From positions 351 to 64,350 of the forward strand of contig CALFIG010000254.1 in NCBI GenBank assembly GCA_937876455.1: a stretch of DNA of 64,000 bases, written 5' to 3'. Position 1 is the first letter of the stretch; every line of letters starts with the position of its first letter. Below, piece by piece: positions 46,725 through 56,170 of the stretch. The position numbers and the translations under genes were made by a program. Under the pieces are notes generated by a model. The model was not told where the DNA came from, did not search any database, and saw only the letters and a program-made list of their open reading frames with translations. The stretch is from an uncultured Flavobacterium sp. Its GTDB lineage: Bacteria; Bacteroidota; Bacteroidia; Flavobacteriales; Flavobacteriaceae.

Positions 46725-49364
46725 ATGAAAAAAATTACTAATTTTTTGAAGAAAACGTTTTTTATTGTAGCAATATTATTGCTTAATCAAGCGTTTGCTC
46801 AAAATGGTTCGTTATCAGGAAAAGTAACGGATACGAATGGTTTTCCAATCAGTGGAGCAAGTGTTTCTGTTGGTTCAAAAGCGACTTCCACTTCATCAAA
46901 TGGAGATTTTACACTTACTGATTTGTCAAATGGTTCGGTTACCGTAAAAGTTTCGATGATGGGCTATGCTACTTTACAACAAAAAGTAGTTATTAATGGC
47001 GCTACTACTGCCACTTTCAAATTAGCTGACAAATCAGCTTCAATTGATGAAGTAGTAGTAACGGGAGTTATTGGAGCTAAAACAAAATTAAACTCAAGTG
47101 TTTCTGTAAGTTCTATCAGCGGCGCGCAAATAGAACAAGCAGCTCCAAGATCTACAGCTGAAATTTTTAGATCTACTCCTGGTATCAAATCAGAATCTAC
47201 AGGAGGTGAAGGTAATGCAAATATTACCGTTCGTGGTATTCCAATTGCTTCAGGAGGAGCAAAATTTTTACAAATTCATGAAGATGGTTTACCTGTAATG
47301 CAGTTTGGTGACGTAGCATTTGGTAACGCAGATATCTTCGTAAGAGCAGATCAAACATTACAAAGAGTTGAAGCCATCAGAGGAGGTTCTGCATCTACTG
47401 TAGCATCAAACTCTCCAGCGGGTATCATCAACTTTATTAGTAAAGATGGTAAAAAAGAAGGAGGTTCATTAATGCAATCTATTGGTTTAGATTACGGAAA
47501 TAACAGAACAGATTTTGAATACGGTTCGCCATTATCTTCTAGCTTGCGTTTTCACGTAGGTGGTTTTTACAGACAAGGTGAAGGACCAAGAAATGCGGGT
47601 TATACAGCAAACTTAGGAGGTCAGTTTAAAGCAAATTTAACAAAAGACTTTGAAAATGGTTATGTAAAATTGTATTTCAAATACCTAAATGATAAATCAA
47701 TAGGTTATTTACCTATGCCAGTTCAAGTATCAGGAACAAATGCTAATCCAACATGGAGTTCATTACCAAATTTCAACATTTTACATGACACGCCTCATAG
47801 TGCTTATTTCCAAGATAATTTAACAATAGGTGCTGATGGTGAGCGTAGAAGAAGTTCAATTTCGGATGGTATGCGTCCTATTGCTACTTCATTTGGAGCA
47901 GAAATGGCTTTTGATTTAGGAAATGACTGGAAAATTGAAGATAAATTCAGACAAAATTTCCAAAAAGGAAGATTTGTTTCTTTATTCCCTGCAGAAGTAG
48001 CAACAGGTGGTGCTTTAGCATCTAGCTTTAGCGTGCCAAATTTAACTTATGCAAACGGTCCACAAGCAGGCCAAAACTTTAGCAATAGTGCGTTAGCAAT
48101 GAGAATTCATACATTTGATACTGAAATTAATAATTTCAACAACTTTACAAATGATATGAAATTAACTAAGAAATTTAACAATTTCGATTTAACATTAGGA
48201 TACTATAAAGCATTCCAAAACATTTCAATGTCTTGGTTATGGAATTCTTATTTAATGGAAGTTAAGGGAGATAACGCAGCATTATTAAATGCAGGCGCAA
48301 ATTCTGTAAACGGATTATATGCATATGGTGTGCCAGCATGGGGTAACTGTTGTACAAGAAACTATAATGCTACTTATGATATAACTGCACCATATGTTGC
48401 AGGACAATTAAAAGCAAATGACAAATTAAGCATTGATGTAAGTATGCGTTTTGATTCTGGAAAAGCACGTGGAACTTATGCAGGTGCTACACAATCTACA
48501 AATTTAGATGTGGATAATAATGGAACTATACAAGGACCAGAAGCTAGTGTTTCTGTAGTTGATAATGCAAATAGAAAACCAATCAATTATGATTTTAAAT
48601 ATGTATCATACTCTTTTGGTGCAAATTATTTATTATCTGATTCACAATCTGTTTTTGGACGTTTCAGTAGAGGAGGTAGAGCAAATGCTGACCGTTTATT
48701 ATTTGGTGCTAACATCTTAAATTCAGGTGCAGCAGTTCCAGGTTTAAGTGCAGATATGGTAAATCAAGCAGAATTTGGATTTAAACAAAAAGGTGAAAGA
48801 TCGGCTATTTATGCTACAGCATTCTTTGCAGGTGTTTCTGAGCAAAATTGGGATTTCGGTGGAGGTTCAAGTGGAATCAGACAAATTCAAAGAAAATATA
48901 ATTCATATGGTTTAGAATTAGAAGGAAATTATAGAGTGAATAATTTCTCTATAAACGGTAGTGTTACCTATACAAAAGCAAAAATTGCTAACGATGTAAT
49001 TACACCATCATTAAATGGAAATAAACCAAGAAGACAAGCTGATTTTATCTTTAATGTTGTGCCAATGTATAAATTTGGTAAAAACAAACAAAATAACTTT
49101 GGTTTCTCAGTAATTGGAACAACAAAATCATATGCACAAGACGATAATAAGTTAGTTATGCCAGGTTATGCATATGTAAATCCATTCTTGAGTTTTGAAT
49201 TAACAAAAGGACTTTCTGCTACACTTAATATCAATAACGTATTTGATACGATGGGTATTACAGAAGTGGAAGAAGGAAGTATTACTGAAAATACTAACAA
49301 TATTGTTAGAGCAAGATCTATTAACGGTAGAACAACATCATTGTCTATCGCATATAGATTCTAA
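46725..49364 (+). CDS. TonB-dependent receptor, probably for sucrose or a related sugar (no SusD partner)
   Basis: Signal peptide, carboxypeptidase-regulatory-like N-domain, TonB box DEVVVTG, plug (EAIRGGSAS), C-terminal GRTTSLSIAYRF, and locus context. Confidence 0.9.
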   Translation: MKKITNFLKKTFFIVAILLLNQAFAQNGSLSGKVTDTNGFPISGASVSVGSKATSTSSNGDFTLTDLSNGSVTVKVSMMGYATLQQKVVINGATTATFKLADKSASIDEVVVTGVIGAKTKLNSSVSVSSISGAQIEQAAPRSTAEIFRSTPGIKSESTGGEGNANITVRGIPIASGGAKFLQIHEDGLPVMQFGDVAFGNADIFVRADQTLQRVEAIRGGSASTVASNSPAGIINFISKDGKKEGGSLMQSIGLDYGNNRTDFEYGSPLSSSLRFHVGGFYRQGEGPRNAGYTANLGGQFKANLTKDFENGYVKLYFKYLNDKSIGYLPMPVQVSGTNANPTWSSLPNFNILHDTPHSAYFQDNLTIGADGERRRSSISDGMRPIATSFGAEMAFDLGNDWKIEDKFRQNFQKGRFVSLFPAEVATGGALASSFSVPNLTYANGPQAGQNFSNSALAMRIHTFDTEINNFNNFTNDMKLTKKFNNFDLTLGYYKAFQNISMSWLWNSYLMEVKGDNAALLNAGANSVNGLYAYGVPAWGNCCTRNYNATYDITAPYVAGQLKANDKLSIDVSMRFDSGKARGTYAGATQSTNLDVDNNGTIQGPEASVSVVDNANRKPINYDFKYVSYSFGANYLLSDSQSVFGRFSRGGRANADRLLFGANILNSGAAVPGLSADMVNQAEFGFKQKGERSAIYATAFFAGVSEQNWDFGGGSSGIRQIQRKYNSYGLELEGNYRVNNFSINGSVTYTKAKIANDVITPSLNGNKPRRQADFIFNVVPMYKFGKNKQNNFGFSVIGTTKSYAQDDNKLVMPGYAYVNPFLSFELTKGLSATLNINNVFDTMGITEVEEGSITENTNNIVRARSINGRTTSLSIAYRF
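46751..46761. promoter_or_regulatory. Possible auxiliary operator inside the TBDR coding start
   Basis: GAAAACGTTTT matches the operator core, with its centre 125 bp from operator 2. Confidence 0.45.
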
Positions 49365-49391
49365 CAAAGATTTTTCATACTTAAATTTATG

Positions 49392-49431
49392 CAATTCCTG
49401 TATCTCTTTTTTGGGTACAGGAATTGTTTTT
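49392..49431 (+). terminator. Intra-operon hairpin/terminator after the TBDR
   Basis: CAATTCCTGTA...TACAGGAATTG 11-bp stem followed by TTTTT. Confidence 0.65.
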
Positions 49432-49446
49432 CAAATGTCAGTCAAG

Positions 49447-49809
49447 ATGAGTGTAAAAAAAATAATTTGCATCCTATTATTTTTTATTGGACTACCTGTT
49501 GTTTCTGCACAAGAAAAGACAAAGCAAAAAGAGCCTAAATCAACAGTATTAATTGTATATGGTAGCGATTCTTGTCACCATTGTATAGACACAAAATTAT
49601 TTTTAAAGAATAATTCAATTAATTTTGTGTTTTATGATATTGATAAAGATCCTGTTGCCTTAAAAGAAATGTTGGCTAAATTAAAAGAAGCAAATATAAG
49701 TACGGCTAATTTAGGGATTCCAGTAGTAGATAAACAAGGACAATTTATTATAAATAACGGTAATTTTGAAGACTTTTTAAACAAACTCAAAGATGATACT
49801 AAAAAGTAA
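49447..49809 (+). CDS. Exported glutaredoxin-like protein (CHHC)
   Basis: Signal peptide MSVKKIICILLFFIGLPVVSAQ, then VYGSDSCHHCIDTK...YDIDKD...GIPVV, an NrdH/glutaredoxin-like pattern. Start placed at the ATG at 49447. Confidence 0.8.
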   Translation: MSVKKIICILLFFIGLPVVSAQEKTKQKEPKSTVLIVYGSDSCHHCIDTKLFLKNNSINFVFYDIDKDPVALKEMLAKLKEANISTANLGIPVVDKQGQFIINNGNFEDFLNKLKDDTKK

Positions 49810-51118
49810 ATTGAGCTTTTGGCAAATAATAAATATGAATGTTGGGTTTTTTGGCATTCAATACAGCTTTGGCTTACAGCAGAGTGCGGTAAATCCTATT
49901 TATGATTTCTTAGGCGCTAGCCCAGATGAATTACCCTTATTAAATTTGGCAGGACCTTTGACGGGGTTACTTATTCAACCTATTATTGGTGCTTTAAGTG
50001 ATAAAACATGGTTACCAAAATGGGGAGGAAGAAGAAAACCCTATTTTTTTATTGGGGCATTAATCTGTAGTATCGCCTTATTTTTATTTCCATTTAGTAG
50101 CTCTTTATGGATGGCTGCCGGATTGTTATGGATTTTAGATGCCGGAAACAATACCGCAATGGAACCTTATAGAGCATTCATTGCAGATAAATTAGATGAA
50201 GAACAACAGCCTACAGGCTTTCAAGCACAAAGTTTTTTTACAGGTTTAGGCCAAACATTAGCTAACGTGTCGTTATTTATTTTTCCTATACTTTTTGTAG
50301 GAACAACAGGTAAATTACCCACATGGGTTTTTGCTTCTTTTTTCTTGGGCGCTGTGTGTTCTATTGCCTCTGTTTGGTGGAGTGCACACACTACAAAAGA
50401 AATTCCTCCTACCGATGAAGAAGTGCTTCAAATGCAAGCGGAAAAAGGAAGTCTTTTAACCCCTTTTATTGATATAGTTAAAGCTATCGTTGAGATGCCA
50501 AAAGTAATGTGGCAATTAGCATTAGTGTATTTATTTCAGTGGTATGCCTTATTTTGTTATTGGCAAAATTCCTCAAAAAGTATTGCCTTATCTGTTTGGA
50601 ACACAACGCCGCAACAAAACAGTAAGTTATATGAACAAGCGGTGAGTTGGACGGGTTTGGTAAATGGTTGGTACAATATTGTTACCTTTTTAACCGCCTT
50701 TGGATTGGCTTATTTAGCCAAAAAATATTCAGCTAGATATGTGCATTTTATATGTTTACTACTTGCAGCAATTGGGTTTTTAATTTTTCCATACATAACG
50801 AATAAATACCTTTTATTTCCCGCCATAACTGGTTTTGGAATTGGTTGGGCAAGCATGATGGGAATTCCTTATTTAATGGTAGTTTCAAACATACCTAAAG
50901 AACGCTACGGGGTTTACATGGGAATTATTAATATGATGATTGTTATTCCTATGTTTATTCAAACCTTGAGTTTTGGATACATTTTAAAACATTTTTTACA
51001 TAATGATCCCCGACAAGCTATTGTATTTGCGGGTGTTTTATTAGCAATTGCAGCCATTTTAACTTTGTTTATCAAATCAAAAAAATCTCAAGTACGTGCA
51101 GACAATAACCTATCATAA
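49793..51118 (+). CDS. MFS sugar transporter (SLC45/SUC/MalY-like sucrose-maltose symporter)
   Basis: LSFWQIINMNVGFFGIQYSFGLQ, QPIIGALSD.TW...GRRKPY, MEPYRAFIAD, GVYMGIINM. Confidence 0.9.
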   Translation: MILKSKLSFWQIINMNVGFFGIQYSFGLQQSAVNPIYDFLGASPDELPLLNLAGPLTGLLIQPIIGALSDKTWLPKWGGRRKPYFFIGALICSIALFLFPFSSSLWMAAGLLWILDAGNNTAMEPYRAFIADKLDEEQQPTGFQAQSFFTGLGQTLANVSLFIFPILFVGTTGKLPTWVFASFFLGAVCSIASVWWSAHTTKEIPPTDEEVLQMQAEKGSLLTPFIDIVKAIVEMPKVMWQLALVYLFQWYALFCYWQNSSKSIALSVWNTTPQQNSKLYEQAVSWTGLVNGWYNIVTFLTAFGLAYLAKKYSARYVHFICLLLAAIGFLIFPYITNKYLLFPAITGFGIGWASMMGIPYLMVVSNIPKERYGVYMGIINMMIVIPMFIQTLSFGYILKHFLHNDPRQAIVFAGVLLAIAAILTLFIKSKKSQVRADNNLS

Positions 51119-52271
51119 AGCAGTTGATTTATTAAAAAGAGTAAGTACTCCACATGGTTTTTTAGCTAGTGCAGAAGCAACGTCTAATTATCAACGTGTT
51201 TGGGCTAGAGACGGTGTAATTTGTGGTTTAGCTGCATTGGCCTCTGGCGACAAAGCACTTATTGCCACATTTGAATCCACGTTAGAAACCTTGGCTACAT
51301 ACCAGCATGAAATAGGCACTATTCCTTCTAATGTATGGATTAAAGAAAATAAAGTCGAAATAAGTTATGGCGGATTAGCAGGTCGTGTAGATGCGGTTTC
51401 TTGGTTTGTTATAGGCGTATGTCAATTAGCCATTTATAAAAACGATATAAAGATTATTGAAAAACACCAAGTACATATTGAAAAATGTTTGCAGTTACTC
51501 AATGCTTGGGAATACAATAATAAAGATTTAGTATATGTGCCTTTGTCTGGAAATTGGGCTGATGAATACATAACAGATGGCTATGTGTTGTATGATCAAT
51601 TACTTCGTTTATGGGCATTAAGAAGTTATACTTTTTTTCAAAAAAAAGAATCTTTAGTAGAAAAAATTGTACGTGTTACGCAGCAAATACAAGCTAATTT
51701 TTTACCTCATTCCAATGAAGAAAAATTTCACGAGCGGGCGTATGCTAATGTGAAATTTGAAGCGTATCTCCCTTGTTCATTTTCGCCTTCAGGCTATAAG
51801 ACACAATATGACGCATTTGCTAATGCCCTTTTTGTATTGTTAGAGATTGGGAATGAAAGCACAACTGAAGCCATTTGTAACCACGCTATTAACGTCGCTG
51901 CAGATACAGAATTGAAGTTGGTTCCTGCGTTTTGGCCACCTATTTTTGAACAAGATACGTACTGGAATTTGTTAAAAGATAATTGTAAATATGAATTTAG
52001 AAATTATCCTTACGAGTTTCATAACGGTGGGTCTTGGCCAATGGTAAATGGATTTGTGGGATTATCGTTGCTGAAACAAAATAAAACATTAGCTACTTCA
52101 TTACTGACTCATATAAATGAGGCCAATGCTAAAGTAGATTTTTCGTTTTATGAAAATTTCAATACACAAACACAAGAACCAAACGGTGTCGCTTTTTGTG
52201 CCTGGAGTGCCGCCGCAACAATAATTTTAGAACAGGCAATACAGGAAAAATTCAACTTATTTTTTAATTAG
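51096..52271 (+). CDS. Glycoside hydrolase, GH100-like (alkaline/neutral invertase), cytoplasmic
   Basis: NYQRVWARDG and PYEFHNGGSWP motifs of (alpha/alpha)6-barrel GH100-type enzymes. No signal peptide. Confidence 0.75.
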   Translation: MQTITYHKAVDLLKRVSTPHGFLASAEATSNYQRVWARDGVICGLAALASGDKALIATFESTLETLATYQHEIGTIPSNVWIKENKVEISYGGLAGRVDAVSWFVIGVCQLAIYKNDIKIIEKHQVHIEKCLQLLNAWEYNNKDLVYVPLSGNWADEYITDGYVLYDQLLRLWALRSYTFFQKKESLVEKIVRVTQQIQANFLPHSNEEKFHERAYANVKFEAYLPCSFSPSGYKTQYDAFANALFVLLEIGNESTTEAICNHAINVAADTELKLVPAFWPPIFEQDTYWNLLKDNCKYEFRNYPYEFHNGGSWPMVNGFVGLSLLKQNKTLATSLLTHINEANAKVDFSFYENFNTQTQEPNGVAFCAWSAAATIILEQAIQEKFNLFFN

Positions 52272-52284
52272 AAGACTTATAAAA

Positions 52285-53211
52285 TTGAAAACAATAGATA
52301 TTATTTGTATTGGAGAAGTGCTCATCGACTGTATTGGTCATAAAGTGGATACATCCATTTGTCAAACAAAAAACTACCATAGATTTTTGGGAGGTTCGCC
52401 CACGAATGTGGCTGTGAATGCATCAAAACTTGGCTTGAACTCCTTGCTTGTAGCTACTTGTGGCAAAGATGGTTTCGGAGACTACATTGTTGAAAAATTA
52501 CAAAAAAATGGAGTAGATTGTTCCTCTTTACGACAAGACGAAACACATCCAACATCTGTAATTTTTGTTTCCAAATCTACAACGACACCAGACTTTGTTG
52601 CTTATAGACAAGCTGATGCCCAAATTTTGGAGTCGCAAGTGGCAGAGGAAAAACTTAAGCAGGCTAAAATTTTTCATACGACCTGTTTTGCGCTGAGTAA
52701 AAATCCAGCGCAACAAACAATATTAACATTGGCTAAAAAAGCGCAATCATTGGGTTTACAAACAAGTATTGATATTAATTATGCTGAAAAAATATGGCCC
52801 AATAAGGAAGAAGCTAAAGCAGTAATTGCATCCTATTTGCAAACAAACCCAATCGTAAAATTAAGCGAAGATGATTGTTTAAGATGGTTTGGGGAAGAAA
52901 AAACAGACGCCTTTATATTTAATTATTTTCATAGTTTAGGCGCACAATTAATTTGCTTCACAAAAGGCAAAAAGGGAGTGGTGGTTTCAGAGGAAGGAAA
53001 GCAACCTTATGTGCAACCTGCACTAGCTATTGATGAAATTAAAGATGCAACAGGCGCAGGAGATGCGTTTTGGACAGGATTTTTATATAGCCAAATTTTT
53101 AAAAAATCTTTAGACGAAAGCGTTGCGCTTGCTCAAAAATTAGCTGCAATTAAACTCCAAAGTGTTGGTAAGCTGCCTGAAGATTTTACGATAGAAGATT
53201 TGGTATTTTAA
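52285..53211 (+). CDS. PfkB-family carbohydrate kinase (fructokinase-like)
   Basis: GGSPTNVA, GKDGFG, DATGAGDAF. Confidence 0.9.
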   Translation: MKTIDIICIGEVLIDCIGHKVDTSICQTKNYHRFLGGSPTNVAVNASKLGLNSLLVATCGKDGFGDYIVEKLQKNGVDCSSLRQDETHPTSVIFVSKSTTTPDFVAYRQADAQILESQVAEEKLKQAKIFHTTCFALSKNPAQQTILTLAKKAQSLGLQTSIDINYAEKIWPNKEEAKAVIASYLQTNPIVKLSEDDCLRWFGEEKTDAFIFNYFHSLGAQLICFTKGKKGVVVSEEGKQPYVQPALAIDEIKDATGAGDAFWTGFLYSQIFKKSLDESVALAQKLAAIKLQSVGKLPEDFTIEDLVF

Positions 53212-53261
53212 GTAGAGTCAAAAGTATTTCATTAATTCTTTTCTTATTTCATTGCTTCTTT

Positions 53262-53269
53262 TATCTTTG
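53262..53269 (+). promoter_or_regulatory. -7 element (TATCTTTG) for maeB-ruvA-sprA
   Basis: TAnnTTTG match 23 nt upstream of the maeB ATG. Confidence 0.6.
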
Positions 53270-53292
53270 TAAGTTGATAGAATTGTAAGTAT

Positions 53293-55581
53293 ATGCAAAA
53301 TAACAATAAGAGAAGAGAAGCACTTTTATATCACGCAAAGCCTACACCGGGTAAAATTCAGGTAGTGCCAACAAAAAAGTATGCTACACAAAGGGATTTG
53401 TCATTAGCTTATTCACCAGGTGTGGCAGAGCCTTGTTTAGAAATTGCAAAAGACGTAAATAATGTATATAAATATACAGCAAAAGGTAATTTAGTAGCTG
53501 TTATCACAAACGGAACGGCGGTTTTAGGTTTAGGAGACATTGGTCCAGAAGCTTCAAAACCCGTAATGGAAGGAAAAGGGTTATTGTTTAAAATCTTTTC
53601 TGATATTGATGTTTTTGACATTGAAGTAGGAACAAAAGATATTGAAGAATTCATTGCAACAGTAAAAAATATTGCGCCCACTTTTGGAGGCATTAATTTA
53701 GAAGATATTAAAGCTCCCGAATCTTTTGAAATAGAAAGAAGACTCGTTGAAGAATTGGATATTCCTATCATGCACGATGATCAACACGGAACAGCGATTA
53801 TCTCTTCGGCGGCATTATTAAATGCATTAGAATTAGCACAAAAAGACATTTCTAAAGTTAAAGTGGTTATTTCGGGCGCAGGTTCGGCAGCATTGGCATG
53901 TGCTAATTTATACGCACTTTTAGGTGTCAAAGAAGAAAACGTGTACATGTTTGATGTAAATGGTTTGCTTACCACTTGCAGAGAAGACATTTCAGACTTA
54001 CAAAAACACTATGCAAAATCATGCGATCCTGCTCCATTAAGCGAAATGATTAAAGGTGCAGATGTGTTTTTAGGGCTTTCTGTAGGGAACATTTTAACCC
54101 CAGAAATGTTGTTAACCATGGCAAATGACCCTATTGTTTTTGCAATGGCTAATCCAGTCCCAGAAATAGATTATAATGTTGCTATAAACACGCGCGAGGA
54201 TATTATTATGGCTACAGGCCGTTCAGATTACCCTAATCAGGTTAATAATGTATTAGGATTCCCTTATATTTTTAGAGGCGCATTAGACGTTAGAGCAAAG
54301 AAAATTAACGAAGCTATGAAAATGGCTGCGGTTCATGCTTTAGCCGAGCTAGCTAAAACGCCAGTTCCAGAGCAAGTAAATATTGCTTATGGAGAGAAAA
54401 AATTAATTTTTGGTAGGGATTATATCATTCCTAAGCCATTTGATCCAAGGTTAATTTCAACTATTTCTCCTGCGGTCGCTAAAGCGGCTATTGCATCAGG
54501 GGTAGCACAATATGAAATTCAAGATTGGGATAAATATGCCGATGAATTATTAGAACGTTTAGGGGCAGATAATAAAATTGTAAAATTGCTTACAAATCGA
54601 GCTAAAACAGATCCTAAACGCATAGTTTTTGCAGAGGCAGATCATTTAGATGTGTTAAAAGCGGCTCAAATTGTTCAGGAGGAAGGTATTGGTTTCCCAA
54701 TATTACTCGGAAATCTTGAAATCATACAAGAATTAAAAGAAGAAATTGGTTTTGATGCTGATGTCCCAATTATCGACCCAAAATCAAAAGAAGAGGACAA
54801 ACGCAGAGAAAAATATGCGCAATATTTTTGGAAAACAAGACAACGAAGAGGAATATCTTTATTAGATGCTCAAAAATGGATGCGTGAACGTAATTATTTT
54901 GCCTCAATGATGGTAAATACGGGTGATGCAGATGCTTTAGTTACGGGTTATTCTAGAAGTTATCCAAATGTGGTTAAACCTGTAATGCAATTAATAGATA
55001 AGCAACAAGGTGTAGGCAGAATTGCCACAACAAACATCATGAATACGAAGCGTGGACCTTTGTTTTTATCAGATACGGCTATTAATCCTAATCCAAGCGC
55101 TGAAGATTTGGCCAAGATTGCATTAATGACAGCAAAAACAGTTAGAATGTTTGGAATTGAACCTGTTATTGCGATGATTTCGTTTTCAAATTTTGGTTCT
55201 TCGTCAGACGATAGTCCAATTAAAGTGAGACAAGCAGTTAAATACTTACATGATAATCATCCAGAGTTAATTGTTGATGGAGAAATTCAAACCGATTTTG
55301 CTTTAAATCCTGATATGCTTAAAAGTAAGTTTCCATTTTCAAAATTAGCGAATAAAAAAGTAAACACGCTGATTTTTCCTAATCTAGATGCGGCTAATAT
55401 TACCTATAAAATGCTTAAAGAATTAGACAAAGTCGTTTCTATTGGGCCAATTATGCTAGGATTAGAAAAACCAGTTCATATTTTTCAATTAGGAGCAAGT
55501 GTAGAAGAAATGGTAAACATGGCTGCAGTTGCTGTAGTTGATGCACAAGAAAAAAATAAAAAACAACATCAAAAAGCTTAA
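53293..55581 (+). CDS. maeB: NADP-dependent malic enzyme with C-terminal phosphotransacetylase-like domain
   Basis: LSLAYSPGVA, NGTAVLGLG, INLEDI, HDDQHGT, GAGSAA, TGRSDYPNQVNN, and a PTA-like C-domain (VDGEIQTD, IFPNLDAANI). Confidence 0.96.
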   Translation: MQNNNKRREALLYHAKPTPGKIQVVPTKKYATQRDLSLAYSPGVAEPCLEIAKDVNNVYKYTAKGNLVAVITNGTAVLGLGDIGPEASKPVMEGKGLLFKIFSDIDVFDIEVGTKDIEEFIATVKNIAPTFGGINLEDIKAPESFEIERRLVEELDIPIMHDDQHGTAIISSAALLNALELAQKDISKVKVVISGAGSAALACANLYALLGVKEENVYMFDVNGLLTTCREDISDLQKHYAKSCDPAPLSEMIKGADVFLGLSVGNILTPEMLLTMANDPIVFAMANPVPEIDYNVAINTREDIIMATGRSDYPNQVNNVLGFPYIFRGALDVRAKKINEAMKMAAVHALAELAKTPVPEQVNIAYGEKKLIFGRDYIIPKPFDPRLISTISPAVAKAAIASGVAQYEIQDWDKYADELLERLGADNKIVKLLTNRAKTDPKRIVFAEADHLDVLKAAQIVQEEGIGFPILLGNLEIIQELKEEIGFDADVPIIDPKSKEEDKRREKYAQYFWKTRQRRGISLLDAQKWMRERNYFASMMVNTGDADALVTGYSRSYPNVVKPVMQLIDKQQGVGRIATTNIMNTKRGPLFLSDTAINPNPSAEDLAKIALMTAKTVRMFGIEPVIAMISFSNFGSSSDDSPIKVRQAVKYLHDNHPELIVDGEIQTDFALNPDMLKSKFPFSKLANKKVNTLIFPNLDAANITYKMLKELDKVVSIGPIMLGLEKPVHIFQLGASVEEMVNMAAVAVVDAQEKNKKQHQKA

Positions 55582-55586
55582 TTCTG

Positions 55587-56168
55587 ATGATTGCACACAT
55601 ACAAGGAAGATTAGTTGAAAAAACACCTACGCACGTAGTGATTGATTGTGGAGGAGTAGGGTATCATATTAATATTTCTTTACATACCTATTCGCAGCTA
55701 GGAGACGCTGAAAATTGTAAATTGTTTACTTTTTTACAAATTAAGGAAGACGCTCATTCTTTATACGGTTTTGCAGAAAAAAAAGAACGAGAATTGTTTA
55801 AATTATTGCTTTCTGTATCGGGAGTAGGAGCAAGCACTGCGCGTACTATGTTGTCTTCTTTAGCGCCAGAGCATATCATTCAGTCTATTGCTTCTAATGA
55901 TGTTGGGACGATTCAATCTATAAAAGGAATTGGAGCAAAAACCGCTCAAAGGGTAATCTTAGATTTGAAAGATAAAGTAATAAAATTGTATCAAATTGAA
56001 GAAATTTCAGACACTTCATACAATACAAATAGAGAAGAAGCGTTATCTGCATTAGAAGTTTTAGGTTATGTGAGAAAAAATGCCGAGAAAGTAATAGAAA
56101 AAATTTGTATTGAACAGCCTGATGCATCAGTTGAAGAATTAATAAAACAAGCTTTAAAAGCCTTATAA
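55587..56168 (+). CDS. ruvA: Holliday junction DNA-binding protein RuvA
   Basis: VVIDCGGVGY, LYGF, VSGVGAS, IKGIGAKTAQR, EALSALEVLGY. Confidence 0.97.
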   Translation: MIAHIQGRLVEKTPTHVVIDCGGVGYHINISLHTYSQLGDAENCKLFTFLQIKEDAHSLYGFAEKKERELFKLLLSVSGVGASTARTMLSSLAPEHIIQSIASNDVGTIQSIKGIGAKTAQRVILDLKDKVIKLYQIEEISDTSYNTNREEALSALEVLGYVRKNAEKVIEKICIEQPDASVEELIKQALKAL

Positions 56169-56170
56169 AT

